A DNA stretch of 64,000 bases. Origin: the human T2T-CHM13v2.0 reference genome, Homo sapiens. The notes beneath the pieces are model-generated. The model was not told the origin of the DNA. It searched no databases and saw only the letters and a list, made by a program, of their open reading frames with translations. This document shows positions 59,915 to 64,000 of this stretch, piece after piece. The translations under genes were made by a program, and so were the position numbers. The stretch lies in NCBI RefSeq assembly GCF_009914755.1, contig NC_060929.1; one strand, given 5' to 3'. Within the stretch, counting starts at the first letter, position 1, and each line of letters begins with the position of its first letter.

Positions 59915-61923
59915 TGTAAGACTTTGTCTATAGGGTGAGATGAAAAGGGATTCTAAGCAAGTGACATGGAAGAAGATTCTAAGCAGGTAAAACTTCCTGG
60001 TTAGGGAATGGGAGTAATGTCGATAGGGAACAAGTTTAACAAAGGTTCTGTTTGCCACATGTTATTTTAGTAGCTCCTCACTTACTCTGTTTGTCTTGTG
60101 GTTTCTGTACATAGATATGGGCTGTCTATCAGTTCTACTGCTAATACAAAAATACATAGTACTGTGCTGTTAGTACTAATACTTCAGGAGCTGGGGTCTT
60201 GAGTCTTGTAATCTCAGGTGGTCAGGGATAAAGTCGCCAGTATTTTGGCCTGCACAGAGCTGGCCACCACTGAGACTGGGGGAGAAGGCGGAGTATAAGG
60301 AATACCGCAGGTCTGAGCCTGCCTAAGCTCTGAGATTCTGCCTTAATCAGGGGGTTTCTAGGTGCCTCTGACTTCTTCGAGCTTGTATTTTTGCAGGAGA
60401 ATCTGAAATAGATACCAGCAGTCGAAATACCTGCCGGGATTTTGGTATTATTAATATTGTGGCAGAAGTGTGTATTGTATATGCTGTGGGAACAGAGCAA
60501 GAAGAAGCTGGGGAGCAATGTTTGGAAGTCATGAATGATTACTAAGTGACTTTGAGGAATGAATCATAATAATAATAGTTAGCATTTTTGTTTGCCAGAC
60601 CCTGTTCTGTGTTTATTTTCTGCTTTAAGTGCTTATGATAACCCTATGAGGTGGATACCATCCTGATCTTGCAGATGAGGAAACTGAGGCACATTAATGT
60701 TAAAGTACTCGCCTAACATATCAGTACCAGTAAGTGATAGAGGAATGTTTCTGACTCTTATAGTAGGGCCAGAATCTAACCTCTACACTGACTTTGAAGA
60801 AGGAAAAGGACTTAAAATGTGATACATTTTACCAAGAAGGCATCACATGTGAAAGCACGTGTTGAATCTATTAATAAAATCCTGAGTTAGCAACCTCCAA
60901 GTATTTGGTACAGTTTAAGCACATGGTTGGGGGAGTGTTGGGCTATTTTCCTGAAAGGATGAAGATCTAACTAGATCCCTAGTTAGAGCAGAGTTTTAGA
61001 AACTTTAGCCTGGGACATTGTTGGGACCATTAAAAGGTGAGAGGCTGCAAGTGGGAAAATCAGTGAGATGGCTGTTTTAAGTAGTTTGGGGCAGAAATGA
61101 CGAGACTCTGCTGGACACAGTGGCTAAAGCCTGTAATCCCAGCACTATGGGGTCAGGAGTTTGAGACCAGCCTAGCCAACACATTGAAACCCTGTCTCTA
61201 CTAAAAATAAAAAAAAATTAGCTGGGCATGGTGATGTGCGCCTGTAATCCCAGCTACTCGGGAGGCTGAGGGAGGAAAATCGCTGGAACCCGGGAGGCAG
61301 AGGCTAATGCCACTGCACTCCAGCCTGGGTGACAGAGCAAGCGAGACTCTGTGTGTCCACCCACCCCTCCCCGCCCGCCCCACCACCATCACCACCAAAA
61401 AAGAAAGAAAGAAAGAATGAGACTAATGGTGAATTGTTCATGGGGATGGAGAATATGATTTATATTGGATAGATGTTAAGGAGGTAGACTAGGACATGCT
61501 GAATAATGTCCTAGTCTACCTCCTTAGAAGAACACATTTTAGGAAAATTTAGATGATTCTCCTGGAAAGAACACATTTTAGGACAATTTAGATGACTCCA
61601 TGGAACACATACAAACTCTGGTAGATGGCTACAAGGAAATGAAGAAAAAAGGATAGGTCAGAGGGGAGAATTTCTTTAAAGGATTGACAGACTTGGGGAA
61701 AGGCACAGAGAAAGTGGGAAGAATGGGATTCTCAGAGTTTTTAATGTGGGTGAAGAATAAGGAATTACAGTTTTAAGTGCAGAATGAGAATCTTAAGATT
61801 TTGTTGGACTTTTCAGATACTGCAATCTTTTAAACATGAGAAAGTACAGGGGCCGGGCACAGTGACTCATGCATGTAATCCTAACACTTTGGAAGGCTGA
61901 GGCAAACAGATACCTTGACCTTA

Positions 61924-62157
<234 letters not shown>

Positions 62158-62455
62158 TTAGCTATGAAGATCTGTGTATCATTAGAGCTAATAGTTTATA
62201 TTTACACAACAAGTCTTAGGATAAGAGGCAAGAAGGAGAACAAAGCTTCAACTTTGACTTTCTGCCAGAGGAGAGTGAGCACAATATCTGGGGCACCTAA
62301 GATGTAGCATGTTTCCGAAAGTGGGAGGTTTAGGACTGAGGCAAGAAAGGCTTAAAGGCAGTGACTTTGCTAAGCAGATGAAGCGTAGTTGTTAGGAGAT
62401 GGCATCTGTGGGCTTTCTAAAGTCATTTAGTTGTTTATTGTTTTCTCATCTAACG

Positions 62456-62630
62456 CACAGTTGTCTAATCTTTTGGCTTCCCTGGGCCACACTGGAAGAA
62501 GAATTGTCTTGGACCAAACATAAAATACACTAACAGTAACAATAACTGATGAGCTAAAAAAAAAAAAAAAAAAAAAAAGTCCATGCATAATTTTTATGAT
62601 ATCCGCCACCACAGATAAGCAAAAAAGTTC
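62456..62630 (+). mobile_element. MER30 hAT MITE
   Basis: gtctaatcttttggcttccctgggccacactggaagaagaattgtcttgg…aactgatgagct followed by an A-run. Confidence 0.8.
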
Positions 62631-62916
62631 TCGTATTCAGATGGATGGATGCCAGTGATCTAAAGGGTGATAGTCTGTATTGTGCCATTTAGTTCTGGAT
62701 TATGTTTTGTCTTAATACTATGTCTGAATACCCTTTGGACTACATTACCTGTTTGAAAATAGCTGTTATGTGTTTTCTTTTTCATATAGCATTGGTCGAT
62801 TTTTGTGTAAAACATGGAGTTTCTCCAACTTAAAGGGGAAAAAGTAAAAAATAAGTGAATAAATAAGTAATTCCACCCAGAGATTTTGAAGTGACTTGTG
62901 CTGTCTGTTTTCATAG

Positions 62917-63029
62917 CTCTTCAGGAAGCTGCAGCAAGGTTTGAGGAATTAAAGGCCCAAAAAGAGCTAAGACAGCTGCAGGAAGACCGAAAGAATGACA
63001 AGAAGCCACCACCTTATAAACATATAAAG
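62917..63029 (+). CDS. NSD1: NSD1 exon 17 (113 nt; [13 protein letters not shown]…PPPYKHIK)
   Basis: Acceptor gttttcatAG|CTCTT, donor AAAG|GTGAGG; phase 1 to 0. Confidence 0.96.
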
Positions 63030-63152
63030 GTGAGGAGAAAATCTTGGGGGACCTTCTCTAGAAGAGAAATGGAATAGCTGGCTCTTCCCACTCTGTTCAT
63101 GACAAGAACGGAAGCACAAGCATAGTTCATTTTAGGTAGAGGTATGAGCTTA

Positions 63153-63442
<290 letters not shown>

Positions 63443-63650
63443 CTAGCGCATTGCCAGGATTCCCAGTGTCAGGAGAATTGATTTTAGGTGGACCTAACCT
63501 TTAACCTACCTAGTGAAATAGTCATCACCATTATCATCTGGGTCCAGTGGAGCCTTTGTATTTTAAACATTTTTATGTCATTTATATGAATAATTGACAG
63601 ACATAAAAATAAAGAGACAGTGGAGAACAAATGTATTAGAAATTTTAGTG

Positions 63651-63727
63651 TTATGTTGTTGCTAAAATAATTGCAGTTTTATCATTACTTTTAATGGCAA
63701 ACCTCAATTACTTTTGCACCAACCTAA
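63651..63727. mobile_element. MADE1 (Hsmar1-derived) palindromic MITE
   Basis: ttatgttgttgctaaaataattgcag…aattacttttgcaccaacctaa|TA. Confidence 0.8.
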
Positions 63728-63940
63728 TATTTACTAAATCCTTTTTACAAACCTCTTTTTATCAGATAAGTTAGTTGCGATGCTCAAATATCATAAAACA
63801 TGAAAGAATATTGTTAGGCCTGTTGAGAAAAGGAGATTACCCAGGTTGTTCTTGTAAAACATCTTTGATGGCATTGTTCCTGGATGAGAATACCCTATTT
63901 CTTTTTTGTTCTTAGAAATGCATTATTTGTTCACTTATCC

Positions 63941-63942
<2 letters not shown>

Positions 63943-63973
<31 letters not shown>
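63943..63973. repeat. (TG)n microsatellite (another at about 31277-31303; (TTTA)n at about 31718-31758)
   Basis: Direct observation. Confidence 0.9.
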
Positions 63974-63974
<1 letters not shown>

Positions 63975-64000
63975 GTTTTTTTGTTTGTTTGTTTTTGAGA

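Noticed and set aside
59393-61604. Short tandem repeats as a CRISPR-like or other array system
   Set aside because: Plain microsatellite and two-unit duplication with no repeat-spacer structure, in eukaryotic intronic DNA.

Overview
Human (primate) genomic DNA: an internal 64-kb segment of NSD1, the H3K36 methyltransferase gene mutated in Sotos syndrome, on the + strand. It runs from inside the giant coding exon (conventionally exon 5) through 12 further GT-AG coding exons (conventionally 6-17), which join in one open frame and encode four PHD fingers and the second PWWP domain. The SET domain lies beyond the window. Exon numbers follow my recollection of the reference annotation; boundaries were read from the sequence. 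Introns are packed with Alus (mostly antisense), old L1/L2/MIR fragments, DNA transposons (Tigger4, Charlie1, MER44, MER94, MER47-like, MER30, MADE1), a MER4-type solo LTR, a young 5'-truncated L1PA, and two tail-to-tail processed pseudogenes (RPL21 +, PRMT1 -). Almost all other ORFs in the track are Alu/L1 translations. I found no new protein-coding system. The best leads concern splicing and dosage control: a 156-nt stop-filled poison-exon candidate just upstream of exon 11 that also carries GC-box/CCAAT motifs, and an exon-7 start (AG|GTAAGT) that rebuilds a consensus donor after splicing. Several hairpin or template-switch scars are also present. Repeat subfamily names come from remembered consensus sequences and need RepeatMasker/Dfam confirmation.
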